In this document: positions 50,091 through 58,823 of the stretch, piece by piece
How the letters are laid out: every line of letters begins with the position of its first letter
Position numbering within the stretch: the stretch's first letter is position 1
Assembly (NCBI GenBank): GCA_048941285.1
Contig: JBHLNS010000014.1
Span: 1 to 64,000, forward strand
DNA length: 64,000 nucleotides
Origin: Promethearchaeota archaeon
Lineage (GTDB): Archaea > Asgardarchaeota > Lokiarchaeia > Sigyniarchaeales > SOKP01
Reading direction: 5' to 3'
Notes under the pieces: generated by a model
The model's input: the letters and a program-made list of their open reading frames with translations, nothing else
Databases searched by the model: none
Told to the model about the DNA's origin: nothing
Translations under genes and position numbers: made by a program

Positions 50091-53000
50091 TGGAGGGTTC
50101 TGTATTAGTTATTGGTGGTGGAATAGCTGGTATACAAACTTCTTTAGATTTAACTGAACTTGGTTTTAAAGTGTATTTAGTAGAAAAAACACCGTCAATA
50201 GGCGGCAGGATGGCTCAGCTCGATAAAACCTTTCCTACTTTAGATTGTAGCCTATGTATTCTTGCTCCTAAAATGGTGGAAGTGTTCAGAAATCCAAATA
50301 TTGAATTAATGACATATCATGAAATTAAGAAGGTTTCCGGAGATACAGGAAATTTTACTGTTTTAGTACTTAAAAAGCCTCGGTATATTGATGAAACAAA
50401 ATGTAAAGGTTGTGGGCAATGCAGTGAGAAATGTCCCAAAATAGAAGTACCTAATTATTTTGATATGAATTTAGGCAAAAGAAAATCTGTATACATCCCA
50501 TTTCCTCAAGCAGTACCTCCCGTATACTTAATCGATCCAGAATTATGCTTAAAGCTCACTAAAGGAGTTTGTGGTGTATGTGAGAAAGTTTGTAGCGCCG
50601 AAGCCATAGATTTCGAACAAAAGCCTCAAGAAATCGAATTAAATGTCGGAGCTATTGTAGTTGCTACTGGTTTTGATATGTTTGGAGAGGAACTAGCATC
50701 TCGATGGGGTTATAACTTCGAGAATGTGATAAATGGGTTAGAATATGAGAGAATTTTATGCGCATCTGGGCCATTTGATGGCCATGTTATACGCCCAAGT
50801 GATAAAAAGGAACCAGAAAACATTGCCTTTATTCAATGTGCCGGTTCAAGAGATTTACAGCAACGAGTTCCTTATTGTTCTAGTGTATGTTGCATGTATG
50901 CTGCTAAAGAAGCTATTATCACAAAAGAACACTCAGAGCATTCCAAATGTTTTGTTTTTAGACATGATATTAGAGCCTATGGGAAAAATTTCTATGAATT
51001 TACTCAAAAAGCTCAGGAAGAATATGGCGTAAAATACTTCCATACCAAAGTTAGTAAAATCATAGAAGATCCTGAAACAAATGATTTAATAATTCATTAT
51101 GAAGATTTACAATCTGGATTACTTAATAGTTTCCGTGCAAATTTAGTTGTTTTAGCAACACCGCTAGTTCCTTCTAATGGAACTAAAGTGTTAGCAAATA
51201 TCTTAGATATCAACTTAGACGAATATAATTTCTTTAAAGAAAAAAATCACTTTACAAAATCAATATCTTCAAAAAAAGGTATTTTCTTAGCTGGATTTTG
51301 TCAAGGTCCAATGGATATACCAGAAACTGTAGCAGATGCTAGTGGGGTAGCTTCCCAAGTAGCAGCTTTACTCAGCTCTGCAAAATACACCCAAATAAAA
51401 GAGAAAGTATTTGAAATACCAGAAAAAGAAGTTGATTTAACAGAAGAACCTAGAATTGGAGTACTGATCTGTCATTGTGGTATTAATATTGGTAAATATA
51501 TTGATATTCCTCAAGTTGTAGAAACTGTAAAATCATTGCCAAATGTAATTTTTTGTGAAGATAATTTATATTCATGCTCTAGTGATTCTCAAACAAGAAT
51601 TAAAGAAGTAATTAGTGAGTATAATTTAAATAGATTTATTGTGGCATCCTGTACACCAAGAACACATGAATCTTTATTTCAAGAAACTTGTCAAGAAGCT
51701 GGATTAAATAAATATCTTTTTGAAATGGCAAATATTCGCGATCAATGTTCCTGGGTTCACATGACAGAGAAGGATCTTGCTACTGAGAAAGCTATAGATT
51801 TAATTGAAATGACGGTTGCTAAATCAAGATTATTAAGATCGCAGCAAGAACCAAAATTATCAGTAATATCAGAGGCATTAATAATTGGTGGCGGTATCTC
51901 TGGAATGACTGCTGCACTGAATATTGCTAATCAAGGATATCCAGTTTATCTTGTAGAAAAAGAGAAGATTCTTGGAGGAATTTTAAATGATTTATATCTC
52001 TTATATCCAACTCAAGAAGATGCTTCAAACTTCTTAATAGAGACAATAGAAAATGTTGAGAAGAATAAAAAAATTCAAGTGTATTTAGAGTCTAGTGTAA
52101 AGGATGTAAAAGGATATCTTGGTAATTATCATGTCTCAATTATTAACTCCAAAAGCCAAGTAAATGAATTGAGTGTTGGAGTAATTATCGTTGCTACTGG
52201 GGCTCAAGAGTTAAAACCTCTAGGATTTAGTCAATACAATGATAATAACAACAATGTTATTACAGAAATGGAATTAGAAAAGCGATTGAATAATAAAGAT
52301 CACTCTTGGCTTGATAAAATTAAAAGAGTCACAACTATTTTATGTGTAAATGCGAGAGAAAAACAAGGAATTACATACTGTTCTAATATCTGTTGTGCAA
52401 CTGCCATTAAAAATATGAATATCTTAAAAGAGTTAAAATCAGATTTGGAAATGATTGTTCTTTATAGGGATTTTCAAATGGCTAAAAAAGAATTTGAAGA
52501 ATATCTTTTTGATAGAAGAAGAGATGCCATACTTCTAAGATACGATTTGACTAGACCACCAGAAATAAAAAAGATCAATAATAAATCTGAGAAATATGAG
52601 ATAAATGTATTTGATACGAATTTACAGGATATTATTACCTTTGAAACAGATCTAATTATTTTATCTCCACCCATGATTCCCTCAGACAATTCAGATTTAT
52701 TAGCAAAAATGCTTAAAGTACCTTTAGATAGACATGGTTTTTTCTTGGAGGCACATGCTAAATTACGACCAGTAGATTTTGCTACAGACGGAATATTTTT
52801 ATGTGGGTGTGCTCATTGGCCGAAGCATATTCAGGAATCAATCACGCAAGCAAATGGTGCTGCGGGGAGAGCGAGCAGATTTTTGAGCTCAAAGGATATT
52901 ATTTCCTCTGGGTTAGTAGCAGAAATTAATAGTGAATTATGCGTTGGATGTAAAGTATGTATGAAACTTTGTCCTTATAATGCTATATCTAAGAACGAGG

Positions 53001-53140
53001 ATAATATAGTAATTATAAATAAGTTGCTTTGTAAGGGATGTGGTGTGTGTGGTGCAAGTTGTCCGGAAAATGCTATAATTGTATATCATTTTACAAATGA
53101 GCAAATTCTATCAGAAATTATTGCTTATGGAGGAGAATAA
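50090..53140 (+). CDS. hdrA: Large HdrA-family flavoprotein with two FAD modules (Cys form)
   Basis: Two GGGIxG FAD motifs, DKTFPTLDCSLC, QCAGSR, CHCG, CTPRTHE, FFLEAH.KLRP, ferredoxin motifs. Confidence 0.92.
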   Translation: MEGSVLVIGGGIAGIQTSLDLTELGFKVYLVEKTPSIGGRMAQLDKTFPTLDCSLCILAPKMVEVFRNPNIELMTYHEIKKVSGDTGNFTVLVLKKPRYIDETKCKGCGQCSEKCPKIEVPNYFDMNLGKRKSVYIPFPQAVPPVYLIDPELCLKLTKGVCGVCEKVCSAEAIDFEQKPQEIELNVGAIVVATGFDMFGEELASRWGYNFENVINGLEYERILCASGPFDGHVIRPSDKKEPENIAFIQCAGSRDLQQRVPYCSSVCCMYAAKEAIITKEHSEHSKCFVFRHDIRAYGKNFYEFTQKAQEEYGVKYFHTKVSKIIEDPETNDLIIHYEDLQSGLLNSFRANLVVLATPLVPSNGTKVLANILDINLDEYNFFKEKNHFTKSISSKKGIFLAGFCQGPMDIPETVADASGVASQVAALLSSAKYTQIKEKVFEIPEKEVDLTEEPRIGVLICHCGINIGKYIDIPQVVETVKSLPNVIFCEDNLYSCSSDSQTRIKEVISEYNLNRFIVASCTPRTHESLFQETCQEAGLNKYLFEMANIRDQCSWVHMTEKDLATEKAIDLIEMTVAKSRLLRSQQEPKLSVISEALIIGGGISGMTAALNIANQGYPVYLVEKEKILGGILNDLYLLYPTQEDASNFLIETIENVEKNKKIQVYLESSVKDVKGYLGNYHVSIINSKSQVNELSVGVIIVATGAQELKPLGFSQYNDNNNNVITEMELEKRLNNKDHSWLDKIKRVTTILCVNAREKQGITYCSNICCATAIKNMNILKELKSDLEMIVLYRDFQMAKKEFEEYLFDRRRDAILLRYDLTRPPEIKKINNKSEKYEINVFDTNLQDIITFETDLIILSPPMIPSDNSDLLAKMLKVPLDRHGFFLEAHAKLRPVDFATDGIFLCGCAHWPKHIQESITQANGAAGRASRFLSSKDIISSGLVAEINSELCVGCKVCMKLCPYNAISKNEDNIVIINKLLCKGCGVCGASCPENAIIVYHFTNEQILSEIIAYGGE

Positions 53141-53918
53141 ACACTTGGTATTTAGACCGAAAATTTTAGGATTTTTATGTAATTGGTGTTCTTATGCTGG
53201 AGCTGATCTTGCTGGTGTTAGCAGAGTACAATATTCTCCTAATATTAGAATAATTAGGGTAATGTGCAGCGGTAGAGTTGATCCTATTTTTGTAGCTGAA
53301 GCTTTCTCAAAAGGAATTGATGGAGTACTTGTATTAGGTTGTCACCCTGGAGATTGCCACTATATTAGCGGCAATTATGAAGCAGAAATGAAAATGAATA
53401 TGTTAAGTAAATTATTAGATTATATTGGATTTTCTGAACGCTTTCGGTTAGATTGGGTCTCAGCATCCGAGGGAAATAGATTTGCCCAACTTGTAAATGA
53501 ATTTAATGAACTTATAATCAATTTAGGGCCTTCTCTAATTAATAATAAAAAATTAAAAAAACCGTTATCTGACGATTTTGATATAATTAAATCAGTATTA
53601 GCCGAGTCTAGAATTAGGACTTTAGTCAGTAGAGAAAGGATAATCACTACTGAGGGTAATGTATATAATGAAATAATATCAAAAGACGAATTTGAAGATA
53701 TTATTGATGATAGTCTATATAAAGAATTCATTCGTCATAAAATAATACAAAAAATTAAAAAAAAGAGCAAATCAGTTCCAGAAATATCTAAAGAGATACA
53801 AGTTAAGCCAAATGAAGTATTAAATCATATTATAACTCTAAGACAAAGAGGTTTAGTTGATCTTGATGAAATACATGAAGAAATTCCAACATTCAAATCA
53901 ATTAAGGAGGAAAAATAA
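53127..53918 (+). CDS. mvhD: MvhD-family subunit with C-terminal winged-helix extension (Cys form; ATG 53127 preferred to tracked start)
   Basis: LCNWCSYAGADLAG, VMCSGRVD, GCHPGDCHY, WVSASEG; C-terminal SVPEISKEI...LRQRGLV. Confidence 0.9.
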   Translation: MEENKHLVFRPKILGFLCNWCSYAGADLAGVSRVQYSPNIRIIRVMCSGRVDPIFVAEAFSKGIDGVLVLGCHPGDCHYISGNYEAEMKMNMLSKLLDYIGFSERFRLDWVSASEGNRFAQLVNEFNELIINLGPSLINNKKLKKPLSDDFDIIKSVLAESRIRTLVSRERIITTEGNVYNEIISKDEFEDIIDDSLYKEFIRHKIIQKIKKKSKSVPEISKEIQVKPNEVLNHIITLRQRGLVDLDEIHEEIPTFKSIKEEK

Positions 53919-56900
53919 TGGAAAAGGTTGGTGCTGTCTTAGTTGTAGGGGGAGGAATTGCTGGGATTCAATGTTCTATAGATTTAGCAGATTCAGGTTA
54001 TAAGGTTTATTTAGTCGAATCCACGACAAGTATAGGAGGTGTAATGTCTCAATTAGATAAGACATTTCCAACTAATGATTGCGCAATATGCATTCTTGCC
54101 CCAAAATTGGTACAAACAGGGCGCCATGAGAACATTGATATTTTGATAAATTCAACTATAAAAAAAATAGATGGAGAACCAGGCAATTTCATTATTGATT
54201 TAACTCAAAAAACACTATATTTGGATCAAGATAAATGTACTGGTTGTGGTCTTTGTGCTCAAAAATGTCCAATAGAAGCAATAGATACATTTAATAAAGG
54301 ACTTTCAAACAAAACAGCTATTTCTGTTAAATTCCCTCAAGCTGTTCCTTTAGTTTTTTCTATCAATAGAAATAAATGTATAGGTTGTGGTGTTTGCGAA
54401 GGGATATGTAAAGCTGAAGCAATAAATTATGCACTTAAAGATAAAGATATACGGCTTAATGTAGGGGCAGTCGTACTTGCAACTGGGTTTGATGAATACA
54501 ATCCAACTCCTCTAACTCAACTTGGTTATGGTAAACATTTAAATGTCATTACTAGTACTGAATTTGAACGGATATTGAGTGCAAGTGGACCACATGCAGG
54601 TTTAATACTCCGACCGTCTGATGGAATTATTCCAAGAAAAATAGCGTTCTTACAATGTATTGGTTCAAGAGATAAACAGTATGGTGTTGATTATTGTTCT
54701 TCTGTATGTTGCATGTATTCTACAAAAGAAGCAGTTATTGCTAAGGAACATATGAATATAGTAGAACCTACTATTTTTACTATGGATATTCGAGCATACG
54801 GAAAAGATTTTGATAAATATATTGAACGAGCAAGAGAAGAGTATGGTGTAAGATTTATAAGACGGAGAATATCTACAATTAAAGAGATTCCAGATTCTAA
54901 GGATCTAAGAGTATTTTACGAGACAGAAAATGGAAGAATTATTAATGAAACTTTTAACTTAGTAGTCTTATCAGTAGGAATGCGACCTAATAAAAAAGCA
55001 GAAGAAATAGCAAAAAAATTAAATATCGAATTAAATGAGTATGGTTTTTGTAAAACTAACCATTTTAATCCAGTAGAAACTTCGAGATCAGGAATTTATG
55101 TATGTGGAGCGTTTGCAGCACCAAAAGATATTCCAGAAACGGTTATCGAAGCTAGTGCAGCTGCAGGAAGTGTGAATGTTCTCCTTTCGGATGTGAGAAA
55201 TCAATTAATAGCTAGAAAACAACTTCCAGAAGAAATCGATGTATCTGATCAGCCACCTCGAATAGGTGTATTTATTTGTCATTGTGGAATAAATATAGGT
55301 GGAGTTGTCAACGTTCCTGAAGTGGTTGAATATGTTAAAACTTTGCCTAATGTAGTTTATGCCGAGCATAATTTATATACTTGTTCTGCAGACACTCAAA
55401 CTGGCATTAAAGAAAAGATAGAAATAAATAAATTGAATCGAGTTATAGTCGCTTCATGCACTCCAAGAACGCATGAACCTTTATTTCAAGAAACAATAAG
55501 AGAAGTTGGCTTAAACAAATATCTTTTTGAAATGGTTAACATTCGAGATCAATGTTCATGGGTTCACATGCATGAAGCTGAAAATGCGACTTTAAAAGCA
55601 AAAGATTTATTGAGAATGTCAGTAGCGAAGGCGAGACAACTAATTCCTTTACAAGAACAAGAAATTAATGTCATAAGTAAAGGTTTAGTTATAGGCGGAG
55701 GTGTATCTGGAATATCTGCTGCTTTAAATCTTGCTTCTCAAGGCTTTAAGGTCTTCTTAATTGAAAAGGAAGACTCTCTAGGAGGATTTGCTAAAAATAT
55801 TTATCGAACGCTTGAAGGTGACGATGTCCAAAAATATCTTAAGAATTTAATTGAAAAAGTTGAGAATAATCAACAAATTAAAGTCTTCAAAAATACTCGA
55901 ATTAATTCAATAACAGGATACATTGGAAATTTTACTACTAATATAAATTATGGAAAAAATAACGAAAATGTTGATCTTGAACATGGAATAATTATTGTAG
56001 CAACCGGAGCAGAAGAATATCACCCTAAAGAATATAATTATGGAAAGGATCATAGAATTATTCCCCAAACTGATTTTGAAAATCTTCTTTTCGCTACTCC
56101 AGATAAAATAAAAGAATTAAATTCAATAGTTATGATTCAATGTGTCGGCTCTAGAAATGAAGAACATCCCTATTGCAGTAGAATTTGTTGTTCCGAAGCT
56201 ATTAAAAATGCTTTAAAAGCAAAAGGAATTAATCCTAATTTAGAAATAATTATATTATATCGTGATATTAGAACCTATGGATTTAAAGAGAAATATTATA
56301 ATCAAGCAAGAGAAATTGGAGTATTATTCATTAGATTTGATGAAAAAAATCCTCCCGAATTAAATAGTAAAAATAAAAAGCTAAAGCTCTTAATAAATAA
56401 TCCTGATTTAGGAGAAATTGAGATAAATCCCGATATACTTATACTAAGCACAGGATTAATAGCACCTAGAAAAGAGAATGAAGATTTAGCAAAGATGCTA
56501 AAGGTGCCTCTTAATGAAGATAAATTCTTTTTAGAAGCCCACGTTAAATTAAGACCAATTGATTTTGCTACTGATGGTATTTTTTTATGTGGATGTGCTC
56601 ATTCACCTAAAAATATTAAAGAATCAATTACTCAGGCGAATGGAGCTGCAGCTCAGGCAGTCAAAATTCTTTGCTCTGAAAAGATTGTGACTTCTGGTCT
56701 TGTTGCTACTGTAATAGAAGAAAATTGCATCGGATGTGGAAGTTGTGTTGAGGTTTGCCAATTTAACGCTATAGAATTAATAGAGAAAGAAAGAACGTTT
56801 GAAGACTTTACTATTAAAATTAAGAAATCTCATGTTAATTCTGCTCTCTGTAAGGGATGTGGTACTTGTGGTGCTCAATGCCCTAATTCAACAATAGTTA

Positions 56901-56962
56901 TAAAACATTTTGGTTTTGAACAAATTAATGCAATGATTTCTGCTCTATTAGTCCAAAATTAG
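53918..56962 (+). CDS. hdrA: Large HdrA-family flavoprotein with two FAD modules (Cys form)
   Basis: Same architecture as 50090-53140: DKTFPTNDCAIC, QCIGSR, CHCG, CTPRTHE, QCVGSR. Confidence 0.93.
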   Translation: MEKVGAVLVVGGGIAGIQCSIDLADSGYKVYLVESTTSIGGVMSQLDKTFPTNDCAICILAPKLVQTGRHENIDILINSTIKKIDGEPGNFIIDLTQKTLYLDQDKCTGCGLCAQKCPIEAIDTFNKGLSNKTAISVKFPQAVPLVFSINRNKCIGCGVCEGICKAEAINYALKDKDIRLNVGAVVLATGFDEYNPTPLTQLGYGKHLNVITSTEFERILSASGPHAGLILRPSDGIIPRKIAFLQCIGSRDKQYGVDYCSSVCCMYSTKEAVIAKEHMNIVEPTIFTMDIRAYGKDFDKYIERAREEYGVRFIRRRISTIKEIPDSKDLRVFYETENGRIINETFNLVVLSVGMRPNKKAEEIAKKLNIELNEYGFCKTNHFNPVETSRSGIYVCGAFAAPKDIPETVIEASAAAGSVNVLLSDVRNQLIARKQLPEEIDVSDQPPRIGVFICHCGINIGGVVNVPEVVEYVKTLPNVVYAEHNLYTCSADTQTGIKEKIEINKLNRVIVASCTPRTHEPLFQETIREVGLNKYLFEMVNIRDQCSWVHMHEAENATLKAKDLLRMSVAKARQLIPLQEQEINVISKGLVIGGGVSGISAALNLASQGFKVFLIEKEDSLGGFAKNIYRTLEGDDVQKYLKNLIEKVENNQQIKVFKNTRINSITGYIGNFTTNINYGKNNENVDLEHGIIIVATGAEEYHPKEYNYGKDHRIIPQTDFENLLFATPDKIKELNSIVMIQCVGSRNEEHPYCSRICCSEAIKNALKAKGINPNLEIIILYRDIRTYGFKEKYYNQAREIGVLFIRFDEKNPPELNSKNKKLKLLINNPDLGEIEINPDILILSTGLIAPRKENEDLAKMLKVPLNEDKFFLEAHVKLRPIDFATDGIFLCGCAHSPKNIKESITQANGAAAQAVKILCSEKIVTSGLVATVIEENCIGCGSCVEVCQFNAIELIEKERTFEDFTIKIKKSHVNSALCKGCGTCGAQCPNSTIVIKHFGFEQINAMISALLVQN

Positions 56963-56991
56963 ATTAAAATTAATTAGAAAATTGAAAATCC

Positions 56992-57426
56992 ATGAAAAGT
57001 CAACTGAAAAAGAAGGAAAAAGTTGTAAAGTTTAACCCAAACATTTTATGCTTTTGTTGTAATTGGTGTAGTTACGCTGGAGCAGATTTGGCGGGAGTAT
57101 CACGGTTTCAATATCCTTCTACTATAAGAGTAGTAAGAGTAATGTGTTCTGGTAGAGTAGATCCAGCTTTCATTTTAGAGGCATTTAAAGATGGAATTGA
57201 TGGCGTCATTGTAACAGGATGTCACATAGGTGACTGTCATTATTTAAAAGGAAATGAGTTTACAAAGGATAGGTTTGAACGCTTTCGTGAAATATTAAAG
57301 ATTTTTAATCTTGATAAAAGATTTAGACTTGAATGGGTAAGTGCATCAGAAGGTAAACGATTTGCTGAGGTTATTACTGAATTTACAGATGAAATTAAAA
57401 AACTAGGGCCATTACAAACAATTTAA
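56992..57426 (+). CDS. mvhD: MvhD-family [2Fe-2S] subunit (Cys form)
   Basis: CCNWCSYAGADLAG, CSGRVD, GCHIGDCHY, WVSASEG. Confidence 0.94.
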   Translation: MKSQLKKKEKVVKFNPNILCFCCNWCSYAGADLAGVSRFQYPSTIRVVRVMCSGRVDPAFILEAFKDGIDGVIVTGCHIGDCHYLKGNEFTKDRFERFREILKIFNLDKRFRLEWVSASEGKRFAEVITEFTDEIKKLGPLQTI

Positions 57427-57934
57427 CATAAAATATTTATTGATTTGAAAAATACCATATTTATTTCTTAGTAACTATATATTATATTAATTCTTCTCAT
57501 TAGATATGTATGAAATGGTAAATTCAGAGTCTGATTTTAACAATAATTTAGAAAAAATCAGTATTAGATAATTTAAAATATCGTTCTTTGCAAATTAAAT
57601 GATAGAAAGATAATATATTTATAAAAATAATCATAAAAATTAAGGTAGAAGAAATAATTTTGGGTGAAATAAGGAACACTGCATGTAAAGCATCCTAATA
57701 GGTTAACTCTTTTAGAATAATTCACATATTTTTTATCCAATTCAACAAATTTGAATAAAGATAGTTTTTATAAAAATTGTTTAATTTTTGATTAAAAAAG
57801 GTTAAAAATAATTTAGATTTTAGGTGTTAACTTTATAAATTTCAACGAGAAATTAATTTTTAAAAACTAATATATCAAATTTTTTATAGATGGTTTTAAA
57901 TAGGCTGCAAAAAGTTTTATTTAAAATAAAATAA

Positions 57935-58513
57935 ATAAGGTGCACATTTATTTCAGTTTTTAATATAAGTAGTATAGGGTTTACAGAACAATTACCAGAT
58001 ATTAACATCAAAATTATTCTGGCCGATTTAGGGAAAAATGAGTTTCTTCAAAAACAAATAAAAAGTAAATTTGGCCTCAATTATAAATTATCAGTCGGTA
58101 TAGACATTTTAACAAAAGATATAACGTTTGACTCCGATTTAAGTGGAAATTTATCAATATGGGATATAAGTGGAGAGAATATATTCGAAATAGTTAAAGA
58201 TTTATATCGTAAAGAGGAGGGTATGGCATTTATAGTTTTTGATCTAACAAAACTAAAAACTTATAACCAAATGAACAAATATCTTTCAAAAATACAAGAA
58301 TTCAATTTGGAAAAATACCCATATATATTAATAGGAAATAAGCCTTGCTTTCTAAAGAAAGATGGTGTTTTTATATACTCAAATGATGCCAAACGGTTTG
58401 CAGAAGACAAAGGCTGCGTTTATCTAGAGGTTTCCTCTGAACTTAACTTTGATATTGATAAATTGTTTAATCGATTAGCAAAAAGAATCTTGAGTTCTAA
58501 GGTACAGGTATGA
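57935..58513 (+). CDS. Degenerate Rab-like GTPase (pseudo-GTPase); open frame extends far upstream of the tracked ATG, start uncertain
   Basis: Frame is open from 57935: ...NIKIILADLGKNEF...YKLSVGIDILTKDI...LSIWDISGE...AFIVFDLT...ILIGNKPC...YLEVSSE. Confidence 0.7.
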   Translation: MRCTFISVFNISSIGFTEQLPDINIKIILADLGKNEFLQKQIKSKFGLNYKLSVGIDILTKDITFDSDLSGNLSIWDISGENIFEIVKDLYRKEEGMAFIVFDLTKLKTYNQMNKYLSKIQEFNLEKYPYILIGNKPCFLKKDGVFIYSNDAKRFAEDKGCVYLEVSSELNFDIDKLFNRLAKRILSSKVQV

Positions 58514-58823
58514 TTATATGATAACCTAATAGCAATTTTTTACTATATATGCTACAGTAATACAGTTCTTTGAACAAAATTAACTGCCAAAAAATTTTGG
58601 TAAAATTTGAAGATTTAAATAAAGATTAGAGAGAATGTTTTGTATGGAAAATATATTATATTGGAAGGAACTTCGTGAATTTAGGAGACAATTAAAAAAA
58701 GTGATTATTCCTTTTGATAAATTTTTCAGATTAAATGAAAAAAATATCAAAAGTACAACAATTATAGACGATAGTTCCAAAATAGAAATATAGGATAATT
58801 TTTATATAAAAGGAGTTGGGGAT

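Noticed and set aside
58514-58800. Short ORFs on either strand between the pseudo-Rab and the surface protein
   Set aside because: Frames are short or interrupted and lack motifs; cannot be supported.
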